Notes: generated from the letters alone by a model not told the origin. Positions 19,103 to 29,225 are shown, counted from the stretch's first letter. The stretch: 64,000 bases of DNA from an uncultured Candidatus Saccharibacteria bacterium (GCA_964489135.1 CAZAXK010000002.1:25692-89691), one strand, 5' to 3'. Translations and numbers: made by a program.

Positions 19103-19966
19103 TTATTTCCGGAGGATTCCTTGTGGTCGGAAGAGGAGAAAAATGATCAGCAATCCGAAAGCAATCGCATCTTTCCATTCTCCAGAAATTTTCCAGATCC
19201 CAAAGTTTTCTACAAAACCAAGCAGGAATGCGCCCAATATACCCCCGTAGATATTGCCAATACCGCCGATAATCGAGGCGATAACCCCCTTGAGAAGCAG
19301 GTGCATACCCATAGTTGGCTCGATGCCAGTGTCAAAACCGATCAAGATACCGGCAAGACCCGCGATCATGGAGCCCACGAAGAAAACCGCACCAATTATC
19401 CTGCCTGTATTGATACCCACGATTTTGGAAACCTCTTCATCATCGGCGACCGCATTCACCGCTTTGCCGAAAAGAGTTTTCTTTAGAACCACGGCAAGAA
19501 TGCTCATGATAGCAACACCAGAAACCAAAATGATCAGTTGGACTTCGGTGATAACTGCGCCAAATATTTCATAAACCCTACCACTCCCCCCGAGCGAAAG
19601 TGTTTTGAATTGGCTGGTAAAGAGCATTGCAATAATCGCCTGCAAGACAGTAAGGACTCCGAGCGAAGCGACGAGCATTACCATGTTCGAGGCCTTCCTA
19701 TCGCGAAGCTTTTTGTAGACAAACCTGTTTATGAGGTAACCAAGAAGCCCCGTAATCAAAAGCCCGAGTGCGATACTTACCGGCAAATTAAGCCCCAGAT
19801 CCTTATAGAAGAAGAACACGGCATAGCCCCCAACTGCCGCAAGCGCCCCATAGCCGAGATCAAAGAATTTTACCGTGCCATAAATCAGGTTGAACCCAAG
19901 CGCGACGAGAGTATAAATCGCGCCAGCGATGATACTGTTCAGAATAAGTTGAGGCAAAATGTCCAT
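19103..19966 (-). CDS. livH: branched-chain amino acid ABC transporter permease LivH-type
   Basis: 287 aa polytopic membrane protein. Confidence 0.8.
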   Translation of the reverse strand: MDILPQLILNSIIAGAIYTLVALGFNLIYGTVKFFDLGYGALAAVGGYAVFFFYKDLGLNLPVSIALGLLITGLLGYLINRFVYKKLRDRKASNMVMLVASLGVLTVLQAIIAMLFTSQFKTLSLGGSGRVYEIFGAVITEVQLIILVSGVAIMSILAVVLKKTLFGKAVNAVADDEEVSKIVGINTGRIIGAVFFVGSMIAGLAGILIGFDTGIEPTMGMHLLLKGVIASIIGGIGNIYGGILGAFLLGFVENFGIWKISGEWKDAIAFGLLIIFLLFRPQGILRK

Positions 19967-20011
19967 TTCAGATTATTTCTAGCTCCACGGTACTTATAAT
20001 AACCTTGGATT

Positions 20012-20044
20012 ATAGAAACAACAAACCCCGATAATAACGGGGTT
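20012..20044 (-). terminator. intrinsic terminator after rplE
   Basis: On the minus strand: AACCCCG-ttattat-CGGGGTT followed by TGTTGTTT. Confidence 0.5.
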
Positions 20045-20051
20045 AGTGGTC

Positions 20052-20588
20052 TTATTTCTTCTTGAATGGGAAGCCGAGGTGGTCGAGGAAAGCGCGAGCG
20101 CCTTCTTTGGATTTTTGGTTGGTAACGATTGTTACCGAGAAGCCGAAAACGTCCTTCAGATCTTCGTCGGCTGTTTCTGGAAATACCGTGTGCTCCTTGA
20201 GTCCTAGAGTGTAGTTGCCCATTTCATCGAAGGCAGTAGTAGAAACACCACGAAAGTCTTTGGTGCGAGGCAAGGCGACATTAATCAGGCGATCGAGGAA
20301 GCCCCACATCTTGGCACCACGCAAAGTGACTGCGACACCCACAACGTCACCCTCACGAGTCTTGAAGGTAGCGATGGATTGCTTGGCACCTCTTCGGGTC
20401 GGTTTCTGGCCGGTTATCTTCGCCAATCGATTCTCGACGATTTCTACTTTCTTCTTGTCTTTGGCAGAACCGACGCCAGAATTGATAACCACCTTCAAAA
20501 TCTTTGGTGATTGCATCACATTTTTCAAACCCAGCTTATCTTTGAGTTCTTTGTAGGCCTCTTTGGTTTTATCTTTTAGCGATTTCAT
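20052..20588 (-). CDS. rplE: 50S ribosomal protein L5
   Basis: 178 aa. Confidence 0.9.
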   Translation of the reverse strand: MKSLKDKTKEAYKELKDKLGLKNVMQSPKILKVVINSGVGSAKDKKKVEIVENRLAKITGQKPTRRGAKQSIATFKTREGDVVGVAVTLRGAKMWGFLDRLINVALPRTKDFRGVSTTAFDEMGNYTLGLKEHTVFPETADEDLKDVFGFSVTIVTNQKSKEGARAFLDHLGFPFKKK

Positions 20589-20605
20589 CTTTTTTGCTAT
20601 TCAAA

Positions 20606-20827
20606 TTATTTATCTGCTTTCTTTACATTCGATACATGTATAGGATGAGCTACCTCTACAACCTTCCCCTTCTCGCCTTGCTTGCGAGCTCTTTGGTGCT
20701 TCTTTAGGAGATTTATACCTTCCACAAGAACCTTGTCCATTTTAGGAAAGGCCTTGATAACCTGAGCTTTCTTGCCCTTGTCTTTGCCAGTTATGACTAT
20801 TACTTTGTCTCCTTTTTTGATATTCAT
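20606..20827 (-). CDS. rplX: 50S ribosomal protein L24
   Basis: 73 aa. KKGDKVIVITGKDKGK. Confidence 0.9.
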   Translation of the reverse strand: MNIKKGDKVIVITGKDKGKKAQVIKAFPKMDKVLVEGINLLKKHQRARKQGEKGKVVEVAHPIHVSNVKKADK

Positions 20828-20831
20828 GATA

Positions 20832-21209
20832 CTAAATTACTTCCGGCGCAAGCGATACGATGGCCTGATGTCCGGCTTCAGCAATCTCTCTTGGGATAGG
20901 ACCGAAGATACGATTGGCGCGAGGAGTTATCTCCCCCTTCTTTAGGTCGACTACAATAACTGCGTTTTCGTCGAAGCGGATATAAGAACCATCGCTTCTT
21001 CTAAGAGGGCTCTTTTGGCGGACGATGAGTCCAAGCAGGACGTCCTTTTTCTTCACCTCCTTTCTTGGTTCGGCTTTCTGAACTGAGAACTTAACAAGCT
21101 CGCCAATTTTGGCATAGCGCTTCTTGGAGCTACCAAGTATTTTGAAAATGCGCCCGATCTTTGCTCCGGAATTGTCTGCCACCTTTACGATTGTGCGATC
21201 TTGAATCAT
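20832..21209 (-). CDS. rplN: 50S ribosomal protein L14
   Basis: 125 aa. MIQDRTIVKVADNSGAK. Confidence 0.9.
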   Translation of the reverse strand: MIQDRTIVKVADNSGAKIGRIFKILGSSKKRYAKIGELVKFSVQKAEPRKEVKKKDVLLGLIVRQKSPLRRSDGSYIRFDENAVIVVDLKKGEITPRANRIFGPIPREIAEAGHQAIVSLAPEVI

Positions 21210-21224
21210 TTTATTATTGGAAAA

Positions 21225-21488
21225 TTAAACTACCACAAAGTGCTTAGTTTTGGAAATTGGCTTGGTCTCTCGGATTTCGACTTTTTCGCCAACCTTTCTG
21301 GTATTACCTGCATCATGAACCTTGTATTTCTTGTGAACCTTGTGGTACTTCTTGTACTTCGCATGCTTCACAAATCTCTGGACTTCGACAACAATCGTAT
21401 CTTTCATTTTGTCGGACACCACAACTCCGCTCAAAACTTTGCCCTTTGAGCTTACTTCGGTATTCTTTTGTACTTTTTCTTTATTCAT
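21225..21488 (-). CDS. rpsQ: 30S ribosomal protein S17
   Basis: 87 aa. Confidence 0.85.
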   Translation of the reverse strand: MNKEKVQKNTEVSSKGKVLSGVVVSDKMKDTIVVEVQRFVKHAKYKKYHKVHKKYKVHDAGNTRKVGEKVEIRETKPISKTKHFVVV

Positions 21489-21493
21489 AGCTC

Positions 21494-21679
21494 TTATTTC
21501 ATGCTTCCGATTAGAGTCTTGATTCTCGCAATGTCTTTGCGGGTGTTTGCATACTCTTTCACATTTTTGGCTTTTGTGCCACTTGCCCCAAATCTCAGAG
21601 ATCTGAGTGCGAGAGTTTTCTCCTCAAGTTCTTTGACCAGTTCAGCTTTGTTCTTCTTTTGTAATTCCTTTGTTTTCAT
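21494..21679 (-). CDS. rpmC: 50S ribosomal protein L29
   Basis: 61 aa. Confidence 0.8.
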   Translation of the reverse strand: MKTKELQKKNKAELVKELEEKTLALRSLRFGASGTKAKNVKEYANTRKDIARIKTLIGSMK

Positions 21680-21702
21680 GATTTTCTTGTCTTTTTTATC
21701 CC

Positions 21703-22122
21703 CTATACCCTTTCCACTATTTTTACCTTTACGGGTAGTTTGGTACCACCTTTGCGTAGCGCCTCCTTGGCGACAGTAGCGACTGCTCCATCCACCTCAA
21801 ATAGCACTTGGCCAGGCAAAATCTGAACATGATATCCTTCGATATCGCCTTTGCCTTTACCCATCTTTACTTCAGCCGGCTTTTTGGTAAATGGCTTGTC
21901 CGGAAAAACTCTGATCCAAACTCGTCCGGTCTTGCCTATTGCACGGGATATCGCCTTACGAGCTGATTCTATCTGGTTTGAAGTGACTCTATGAGCAGTA
22001 GTCGCCTTGAGGCCATGCGAGCCAAAAGAAACCTTGACGCCACGAGTTGCCGCCCCTATCTTGAGGGGGTTTTTGCGCATCACATGCCACTTTCTATATT
22101 TAACTTTCTTTGGGAATAACAT
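21703..22122 (-). CDS. rplP: 50S ribosomal protein L16
   Basis: 139 aa. MLFPKKVKYRKWH. Confidence 0.9.
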   Translation of the reverse strand: MLFPKKVKYRKWHVMRKNPLKIGAATRGVKVSFGSHGLKATTAHRVTSNQIESARKAISRAIGKTGRVWIRVFPDKPFTKKPAEVKMGKGKGDIEGYHVQILPGQVLFEVDGAVATVAKEALRKGGTKLPVKVKIVERV

Positions 22123-22159
22123 GGTTTAAAAATTATCAATTTGGAATTCTCGGTCTCAA

Positions 22160-22819
22160 TTATTTTTTGGCAAATACTTCACCCTTGTAAATCCAGACTT
22201 TTATACCGATCTTGCCCAAAGGCAAGACTGCTTCGTAGAAAGCATAATCAATATCGGCGCGAAGTGTCTGTAGAGGGATCTGCCCCAATTTCTTGGTCTC
22301 CACGCGGGCCATATTTGAGCCACCCATGATACCCGAGAGAGTGACCTTCACCCCCTTTACATCACGGTTGGCATTTGCCTTCTCGATCGCCTGCTTGACC
22401 ACTCGGCGGAACGGCATGCGCTTTTCCAAACCTTCACCTATCATCTGAGCCATTATCATGGCATTGGATTCTGGAGATTTGATTTCTTTGACGTCGATCT
22501 TTAGCTCCTCCTTTACGGAAACTTTATTGCGAGTCATAAACTTGGTCAGAGCATCTCGGAGCTTGGTCATGCCCTCCCCGCTTCGGCCGATTATCAAGCC
22601 CGGACGGGAGCTTTCTATTATGATGCGGAAGGTTTTCTCGCTGCGCTCCATTTCTATCGAGCTGACGAAAGCACCCTTGAGCTTCTTCTTAAGAAATTCG
22701 GTAATCAAAACATCGGCGCGCAAATTTTCTTTGTATTTGGTCTTCACACCAAACCAACGCGACTTCCAATCGCGAATGATTCCGAGTCTATGAGCATATG
22801 GGTGAACGGTGTGGGACAT
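22160..22819 (-). CDS. rpsC: 30S ribosomal protein S3
   Basis: 219 aa. GHPYAHRLGIIRDWKSRWF N-terminus, KH domain. Confidence 0.9.
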   Translation of the reverse strand: MSHTVHPYAHRLGIIRDWKSRWFGVKTKYKENLRADVLITEFLKKKLKGAFVSSIEMERSEKTFRIIIESSRPGLIIGRSGEGMTKLRDALTKFMTRNKVSVKEELKIDVKEIKSPESNAMIMAQMIGEGLEKRMPFRRVVKQAIEKANANRDVKGVKVTLSGIMGGSNMARVETKKLGQIPLQTLRADIDYAFYEAVLPLGKIGIKVWIYKGEVFAKK

Positions 22820-22848
22820 GTTTTTAATTTATATCTTAAATCTCAAAA

Positions 22849-23232
22849 TTATTTAGCTTTCTTACTTTTATCTCTCTTATCTTTTGCAGATTTGAGATTT
22901 GAATTTTGACTTAATACGATTTTAATACGGCTGGTGCGCTTGCGGACAGGATGAGCGGCACCGTGGGCTACTGGTCGCCTGCGGTAAAGAATCTTACCGA
23001 CATTTACCTCGATCGACTTTACCTTCAGAGCGTCTTCAGCAATACCCTGATCCTTGGCGTTACTAACAGCCGAAGAAAGCAGTTTTTGCAAAGGGAGAGT
23101 GGCGCGCTTGGTGAGTAGACCGAGGCGACGTCGAGCTTCAGCAATATTTTTGCCTCTTATACTATCGGCAACAATCCGCACCTTTCTCGGGGATTGTCTG
23201 TAGTCATTCAGTTGTGCGGTAACCTCTGTCAT
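22849..23232 (-). CDS. rplV: 50S ribosomal protein L22
   Basis: 127 aa. Confidence 0.85.
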   Translation of the reverse strand: MTEVTAQLNDYRQSPRKVRIVADSIRGKNIAEARRRLGLLTKRATLPLQKLLSSAVSNAKDQGIAEDALKVKSIEVNVGKILYRRRPVAHGAAHPVRKRTSRIKIVLSQNSNLKSAKDKRDKSKKAK

Positions 23233-23242
23233 TTATTTAAAA

Positions 23243-23584
23243 TTATTTCTTGGATTCGACGGTCGCCTTGGCGCTCTTTGCAGCGGCTATTTCGGCCTCC
23301 TTGGCCTTGGCTTCTGCTTCCTTTTGCATTTTACCGCCGTGCTTGATGAACTTCTTGGTTGGTGAAAATTCGCCCAATCTGTGGCCAACCATGTCTTCAG
23401 TTACAAAAACTTCCAAATGGCTCCTGCCGTTGTGCACCCCGAAGGTGAAGCCGACCATTTCTGGCGCGATAACACAGGCTCTAGACCAAGTTTTAATAAC
23501 CCCAGCTTGCTCGGGTCTCTTGCCTTCTATTTTTTTGAGGACGCGAGGGTCCACATAAGGGCCTTTTTTTAGTGATCGAGACAT
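23243..23584 (-). CDS. rpsS: 30S ribosomal protein S19 (with Lys/Ala-rich C-terminal tail)
   Basis: Trimmed to ATG 23582-23584 ([18 protein letters not shown]...). C-terminal [26 protein letters not shown] tail. Confidence 0.85.
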   Translation of the reverse strand: MSRSLKKGPYVDPRVLKKIEGKRPEQAGVIKTWSRACVIAPEMVGFTFGVHNGRSHLEVFVTEDMVGHRLGEFSPTKKFIKHGGKMQKEAEAKAKEAEIAAAKSAKATVESKK

Positions 23585-23681
23585 GCAACTAAATTTAATC
23601 CCGCTAAGCGGGAACTCAAATATACTATATGAAGCTTCGTATAATGTCAAACACCCAAAGAAGCCCCTCTCGCCCACCCTC

Positions 23682-25367
23682 CTACATCCGCTCTGGCACC
23701 TTTATACCAAGCAAATTAAGGCCATTTGTGAGCACGGTATATACCGCCCGAGTAAGTGCTACACGGTAATCCGATACTTCTCTGTTCGTGGGGTCAATTA
23801 TTTGATTCTTGGCATAATAGCTATTGAACGAGGCGGAGAGCTCGATGAGATATGTAACTAGAAAGTGTGGTGCGTACTCTTGCCCTGCCTTCTCTACTAT
23901 TTCTGGGAATCGATAAAGAAGTCTTTCAACTTCGGAGACTTCGCCCTGAATCAGCTTGGGTTCCACATGGTTGCTCTCCGCCTTTTCCAAAACCGATTTT
24001 GCTCGCACCGCAGTGTATTGCAGATATGGCCCCGAATCACCCTCAAACGAAATCGACTTTTCAAGATCAAAGACAATATCGCCCCCGATCGCCTGCCGAA
24101 GGATCGAGTATTTGATCGCACCGATCGCCACCATCTCGGCAATCTTTTCTTTTTCACCCTCCTCGATATCGCGAGAAGCAATTTTGCCCATAATCATTTC
24201 CTTCACTTGTAGGATTAGGGCCTCCGCCGTGATCACTGTGCCAGTCCGGCTCGACATCTTGCCACTCGGCAATCGAAGCATGCCATGAGAAAGGTGCTCA
24301 GTTTTCTCCGCCACCGGCTTATTGATCTGTTCGAGTGCCTTGAGCACTACTTGGAAATAACTGTCCTGTTCGTTCGCAGTCACAATTATCGATTTATCGG
24401 CACTATAAACCGACTCTTTGCGCAAAGCATGAGCCAGATCTTTTGCCTCGTAGAGCGGAAGTCCTTGTTGCGTCAGAAAAACTCGGGTGTGTAACTTGGA
24501 ATCATACTTCTCACCGCGGAAAATGATTGCCCCTTCACTTTCTTCGAAAACCCCCTTCGCCAAATATTCATGAACAAGCTTTACCGCCGCGCCCGAAACT
24601 TCGCTCTCGAAGAATAGATAGTCAAATTTCGTATTCAAAATTTTATACAGAGTATCAAAGTGAGTGAGCGAGACCTCCCGAGCCCAAGCATATATTTGGT
24701 TTAGTGATTCGTCACTCTTTTCGAAAACTTTCTTATTTATTTCTTTTATCTCCTCGGTGGCGGTCGGGTCGTCCTCATAAGCCATGGCCCCAGTCGCATA
24801 AGCTCGGCCAACAAAGTCGACATTGTCACTCAGCTCCCCATCTTTACGAAGACCGAGCTTCATAATCCCCCAGACGGCCTTCGCGATATGCAGTCCGACA
24901 TCGCCTTGATAGGTGTTCCTCTTCACCTCAGCGCCACTACCCTCGAAAATATTCGAAAGAGATTGCCCGATCACATTACCCATAAGATGCCCGATATGCA
25001 TCGGCTTCAAAACATTGGTGTTGGTATACTCAATAATTATCTTTTGATTTTTTAGGTTATCAGTCTTCCCAAACTCTTCCCCTTTTTCATTAATCTTACT
25101 CAGAGAGTCTGCAAAAAATATAGGAGATAAATATATATTCACGAATCTCGGAACAACAAATTCAATTTTGCTGATTTGCCTTTGCAAATCACCCTGAGCC
25201 AGTCGAAGGGTTTGCTCCAATTTGGCAAAATCGTCTTTCGCTTTATCACCATTTATGATCAGGGTAAAATCACCATTCTTTAATTCTTTTGGATGGACTA
25301 GAGCAAAACCATCGTCCCTTTGAAGGGTTTCCTTTGCCCAATCTTCAATCTGTTGCCTTATCTGCAT
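23682..25367 (-). CDS. argS: arginine--tRNA ligase
   Basis: 561 aa. HIGH-class motif [14 protein letters not shown] (GDWG-like) motif, KMSSRTG, DALR-type C-terminus ending ...KVPERM. Confidence 0.8.
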   Translation of the reverse strand: MQIRQQIEDWAKETLQRDDGFALVHPKELKNGDFTLIINGDKAKDDFAKLEQTLRLAQGDLQRQISKIEFVVPRFVNIYLSPIFFADSLSKINEKGEEFGKTDNLKNQKIIIEYTNTNVLKPMHIGHLMGNVIGQSLSNIFEGSGAEVKRNTYQGDVGLHIAKAVWGIMKLGLRKDGELSDNVDFVGRAYATGAMAYEDDPTATEEIKEINKKVFEKSDESLNQIYAWAREVSLTHFDTLYKILNTKFDYLFFESEVSGAAVKLVHEYLAKGVFEESEGAIIFRGEKYDSKLHTRVFLTQQGLPLYEAKDLAHALRKESVYSADKSIIVTANEQDSYFQVVLKALEQINKPVAEKTEHLSHGMLRLPSGKMSSRTGTVITAEALILQVKEMIMGKIASRDIEEGEKEKIAEMVAIGAIKYSILRQAIGGDIVFDLEKSISFEGDSGPYLQYTAVRAKSVLEKAESNHVEPKLIQGEVSEVERLLYRFPEIVEKAGQEYAPHFLVTYLIELSASFNSYYAKNQIIDPTNREVSDYRVALTRAVYTVLTNGLNLLGIKVPERM

Positions 25368-25386
25368 AGAAAGATACTAACATTTT

Positions 25387-25809
25387 TTACTTGCCAGTGC
25401 TCCCGAACCCGCCGACCCCTCGTTCAGTCTCCGACAATTGCTCGGCTTCGATGATCTCGAGCTGTTCAACTTTTTGGATCAGAAGTTGCATCACTTTGTG
25501 CCCCTTTTCGAACGTGTAAGGTTCGGTACCTAGATTTATAAGCCCCATTATTATTTCTCCCCTAAAACCTGCGTCAATTACCCCCCCAAGAAGCTTTATT
25601 TTGTGATTTATCGAGATGCCACTCTTGTCCCAACATAAACCAACATACCCTGCCGGAATTTCCATGGCTATGCCGGTCCTCACTCTTACGACTTCCATCG
25701 GGCGAGCCACTGTGTCTTCAAGAGCAAAGAGGTCCATACCCGCGTCACCCACTTTGGCGTACTCGGGCAGTTTTGCATTCGGATCGAGCTTTTTTATTTT
25801 TAATTTCAC
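25387..25809 (-). CDS. dut: dUTP diphosphatase
   Basis: 140 aa. AGMDLFA, C-terminal GGFGSTG motif. Confidence 0.85.
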   Translation of the reverse strand: MKLKIKKLDPNAKLPEYAKVGDAGMDLFALEDTVARPMEVVRVRTGIAMEIPAGYVGLCWDKSGISINHKIKLLGGVIDAGFRGEIIMGLINLGTEPYTFEKGHKVMQLLIQKVEQLEIIEAEQLSETERGVGGFGSTGK

Positions 25810-26345
25810 TGCAATTTCTTATAGAGTTTGTAAGCAGTCATCGCGCCATTTAACGCATTGTGCGGTTCCGGCTCTGGCTCAACCCCAAAGAGTTCGCAGG
25901 CGGTTTTCAAACTCCACTTTTCCTTATTTTTGAGCCCAGCTTGCCATGCGATCGAGAGTAGATCGAGACGATCATGATTCTCAAAAGTGCTCATCGGATT
26001 CATGAGACCAACCTTTAGAAACGCGTTGTTTATAAAACCCCAATCAAAGGTGGCATTGTAGGCACAGAAGACGCCCTCACCCGCCCTTTCGGCGTATTCG
26101 TGAATCGCCTCTTTGAGACTGGTCGCCTCGCGCCACCCTTCTTCACTGTAGCCATTGTAGGTAAGGGCTTGAGGTTCTGCAGTCGCGATATTTTCTGGCT
26201 TGACCTTGCGATTGTACGAATCAACGATTTCAAGAGTCTGCGGATCGAAGAGGACCATGCCAATCTCCAAGATTTCGTGCACCCCGAAAATGTCTCCCGA
26301 GGTTTCGAGATCGGTCATTACAATTTTTCTATCCTTAGTCTTCAT
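25806..26345 (-). CDS. DEDDh 3'-5' exonuclease (DnaQ/epsilon-like)
   Basis: Exo motifs MTDLETSG, FDWGFI, HNALNGAMTAYKLY. Trimmed to ATG 26343-26345 (MKTKDRKIVM...). The track ORF started at TTG. Confidence 0.7.
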   Translation of the reverse strand: MKTKDRKIVMTDLETSGDIFGVHEILEIGMVLFDPQTLEIVDSYNRKVKPENIATAEPQALTYNGYSEEGWREATSLKEAIHEYAERAGEGVFCAYNATFDWGFINNAFLKVGLMNPMSTFENHDRLDLLSIAWQAGLKNKEKWSLKTACELFGVEPEPEPHNALNGAMTAYKLYKKLQ

Positions 26346-26349
26346 CTGT

Positions 26350-27597
26350 TTACACAAACTTCTTTGGTATAGGAAATTTCTTAGCCATTTTCTTTATTTC
26401 TAGATGAACTTCCTTCTTGATTTTCTTGCTATCTTTGTTTTTCAAAACCAAGATCATAAGCTCGGCTAGACGCTTGCATTCCTTTTCCTTAAAACCGCGA
26501 GTGGTTACGGCCGGCGTACCAAACCTGATACCGGACGGGTCGAGTGGTTTGCGAGGGTCATCGGCAATAACATTCATGTTGAGAGTGATGCCCACCTCAT
26601 CGAGCGCCACCTGCGCTTCCTTGCCAGTGACTCCAAGCGAGCCGTAGACGTCGGCCAAGACGCAATGATTGTCAGTGCCTCCACCAATTAGACGGATTTT
26701 GTTATCGAGAAAAACCTTGGCCATAACTCTCGCGTTCTTGATGATTTGCTTCGCGTAAGTTCTGAAGGAAGGCTTGAGCGCTTCGCCGAAGCAAACTGCT
26801 TTGCCCGCAATATGGTGCATTAGTGGTCCGCCTTGCAGGCCGGGGAAAATAGTTTTGTCGATCTTTTGGGCAAACTCGGCATTGTCTCTCACCAATATCA
26901 TGCCTCCGCGCGGACCGCGAAGAGTTTTGTGGGTCGTGGTCGTGAGCACATCAAAACCATAATCAAAAGGATTTTTGTGCGCCTTACCAGCAATGAGTCC
27001 GGCTATATGTGCGACATCAGCGACCACGATCGCTCCGACTTTCTTGCCAATTTCGGCAAACTTCTTGTAATCGAGCTCACGGGTGTAAGCTGAGAAGCCA
27101 GCCAAGATCATCTTGGGCTTTTCCCTCATAGCCGTTTGCAACATTTCTTCATAATCGATCTCGCCAGTTTCGGGATTCTTCATCTTGTAGCGGATGAATC
27201 GGAAAATCTTGCTAACATTGGTAACCGGATGGCCGTGAGTAAGGTGCCCGCCATGCGAGAGGTCCATACCCATTATCGTGTCCCCCGCGTTTAGCAGGGC
27301 GAAGTACAGCGCCACATTGGCCGAAGCACCGGAGTGCGGTTGGACATTTGCAAACTTGCATTTGAAAAGCCTGCAAGCGCGCTCGATTGCGAGCCGCTCC
27401 ACGGCGTCGGTAAAATCCTGCCCGCCATAATAGCGTCGGCCCGGATAACCTTCAGAATATTTGTTGGTAAAGACCGAACCATTGGCACGAAGCACGTCGC
27501 TTGAGACATAATTTTCCGAAGGAATGAGCTCAAGCCCTTCGGCCTGTCGTCTTTCTTCTGATTTGATCAAATTTTCAACTTTTTTGTCTTGCATCAA
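26350..27597 (-). CDS. glyA: serine hydroxymethyltransferase
   Basis: 415 aa. LIPSENYVS, TTTTHKTLRGPRGG PLP-lysine region. Confidence 0.9.
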   Translation of the reverse strand: MMQDKKVENLIKSEERRQAEGLELIPSENYVSSDVLRANGSVFTNKYSEGYPGRRYYGGQDFTDAVERLAIERACRLFKCKFANVQPHSGASANVALYFALLNAGDTIMGMDLSHGGHLTHGHPVTNVSKIFRFIRYKMKNPETGEIDYEEMLQTAMREKPKMILAGFSAYTRELDYKKFAEIGKKVGAIVVADVAHIAGLIAGKAHKNPFDYGFDVLTTTTHKTLRGPRGGMILVRDNAEFAQKIDKTIFPGLQGGPLMHHIAGKAVCFGEALKPSFRTYAKQIIKNARVMAKVFLDNKIRLIGGGTDNHCVLADVYGSLGVTGKEAQVALDEVGITLNMNVIADDPRKPLDPSGIRFGTPAVTTRGFKEKECKRLAELMILVLKNKDSKKIKKEVHLEIKKMAKKFPIPKKFV

Positions 27598-27627
27598 AGT
27601 AGTTTAATGAGTTTGTAAAAGAGTGAT

Positions 27628-28596
27628 GTGAAGAACTTAGATCATGGTATTGAAATAGGTTGGCTATTTGGATATGATACACCCATGAACGATTACGACA
27701 AGCGCACTCCGGACACCCAATACCAAGACTTGCTTCGCAACATCTTGGAGAAAGGCGTCCGCACTCCAAGCCAGCAAGGCACCGATGCACTCACTCTTAT
27801 GGGCCCAAACCCAATGCACTTCAAGCTCGAGAACGGCTTCCCGATGATCACCGAGCGCAACATGAACCCCAAGCCCTCAGAATTCCTACCCGTAACTGTC
27901 TGGCAACAAGCGATCGGAGAAATTTGTGCATTCATAAACGGCGCACACACTCAAGAAGAACTAGAAAAATTTGGTTGCTATTGGTGGAAATCTTGGGTTA
28001 CGAAAGAAAAGTGCGCCAAGCGCGGACTCGAAGAAGGCGACCTCGGTCCAGGATCTTATGGATCGGCTTTCCACGACTTCCCCACCCTTGAAGGAGGACA
28101 CTTCAACCAATTCCAACACATCGTCGAACAGATAATCGAAGAACCCCAACTCCGCACACACTTCATTAGCCCGTGGATACCTCAATACATGGGTCGAGGC
28201 AAAGGCAAACAGCAGAAAGTCGTGGTCTGCCCTTGCCACGGCTGGATCAATATCCGAATCATTGAGGGTAAGCTTACTCTACATATGATGCAACGCTCCG
28301 GAGATGTGCCGGTCGGAGTACCCTCCAACATGGTACAGTACGGCGCTCTTACCCTGATGCTCGCACATGTCACCAACACCATTCCTTACGAATTCGTGCA
28401 CAGTATTTCCGATGCCCATATCTATGTCGACCAAATTCCGGCAGTCGAAACCATGCTCTCGCGCGAGCCCAGACGCTTCCCTACGGTTACAATAAACAAA
28501 GAGAAAACCAACCTCTTCGATTTCCGAAAGGAAGACTTCGAGCTTTCCGACTACGATCCGCACCCGGGCATCAAAGGTATACCGGTAGCGATATAA
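27628..28596 (+). CDS. thyA: thymidylate synthase (ThyA family, with internal insertions)
   Basis: 322 aa. Catalytic CPCHGW region. LHMMQRSGDVPVGVPSN. The C-terminus SREPRRFPTV...DYDPHPGIKGIPVAI is closely parallel to E. coli ThyA. Confidence 0.8.
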   Translation: MKNLDHGIEIGWLFGYDTPMNDYDKRTPDTQYQDLLRNILEKGVRTPSQQGTDALTLMGPNPMHFKLENGFPMITERNMNPKPSEFLPVTVWQQAIGEICAFINGAHTQEELEKFGCYWWKSWVTKEKCAKRGLEEGDLGPGSYGSAFHDFPTLEGGHFNQFQHIVEQIIEEPQLRTHFISPWIPQYMGRGKGKQQKVVVCPCHGWINIRIIEGKLTLHMMQRSGDVPVGVPSNMVQYGALTLMLAHVTNTIPYEFVHSISDAHIYVDQIPAVETMLSREPRRFPTVTINKEKTNLFDFRKEDFELSDYDPHPGIKGIPVAI

Positions 28597-28657
28597 CGAC
28601 CTCACCCCTAACCCCTTCCCCCGCCTTGCCGGCGAGGCAGGTTGCGAAGGCGAGGGG
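28597..28657 (+). repeat. GC-rich ~61-nt structured repeat, copy A
   Basis: cgacctcacccctaaccccttcccccgccttgccggcgaggcaggttgcgaaggcgagggg. Its reverse complement matches 56639-56699 with 2-3 mismatches. Starts 1 nt after the thyA stop. Confidence 0.8.
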
Positions 28658-28669
28658 TAAGAGAAAAAT

Positions 28670-29161
28670 ATGCCAGAAGAAAAAGAAAACCAATTTATAA
28701 ATATGCGCACGATCCGCAGAGAGGACCAGCGGGTCGTTATGGAAGAAATAAAGAAGCAGGGCCACTGCCCTTTCTGTCGCGAAAATTTAGAAAAGTATCA
28801 TAAGAATCCGATTATCAAGGAGGGCAAGTTCTGGCTCCTTACCGAAAACCAGTGGCCCTATGAAAAGGTCAAGCACCAGCTCCTCGCCATATACAAAACC
28901 CACGTAGAGCATATCAAAGACCTAGACCCTGAAGCCGGTAGCGAGCTTTTGCAAATGTTCGCCGAAGAAGCCAAGAAGCGCAACATCTCTGGAGGCGGAG
29001 TCGCGATGCGTTTCGGCCAAAGCGAGCACGGCAATTACGGCTCGACCGTCCTTCATATTCATGCACACCTCGTCGAACCAGATTTGGAAGCTCTTAGCGA
29101 AACCGAAGCGTGGCGCTTCAAATTCGGCGAGCCCAAAAACTACAAAAAGAAAATTGCTTGA
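28670..29161 (+). CDS. HIT-family nucleotide hydrolase/transferase
   Basis: 163 aa. CPFC zinc motif plus histidine triad LHIHAHLV. Confidence 0.65.
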   Translation: MPEEKENQFINMRTIRREDQRVVMEEIKKQGHCPFCRENLEKYHKNPIIKEGKFWLLTENQWPYEKVKHQLLAIYKTHVEHIKDLDPEAGSELLQMFAEEAKKRNISGGGVAMRFGQSEHGNYGSTVLHIHAHLVEPDLEALSETEAWRFKFGEPKNYKKKIA

Positions 29162-29225
29162 TTTTCTCCTATTTTAGTGGTATGTTCCTCTCTGGTTGGT
29201 TATTTCAAAACAAGTGAGGGAACCT

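Noticed and set aside
23243-23677. 144-aa version of S19, plus similar long N-termini on L3, L4, L23, the RR at 36599 and several binding proteins
   Set aside because: The ORF track opens at TTG/GTG codons. Conserved N-termini ([46 protein letters not shown]...) identify internal ATG starts.
23865-24288. Cluster of overlapping ORFs in several frames inside argS
   Set aside because: They are antisense or out-of-frame reads within a well-supported argS CDS, not a real compositional island.
27628-28596. Idea that the ThyA-family gene is a dUMP/dCMP hydroxymethylase (DNA hypermodification)
   Set aside because: The C-terminal 60 residues and the catalytic Cys region track canonical ThyA closely. 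With dut, glyA and folA adjacent, ordinary thymidylate synthase is the parsimonious call. Insertions make it longer, but there are no hypermodification partners such as a hmdU kinase or glycosyltransferase.
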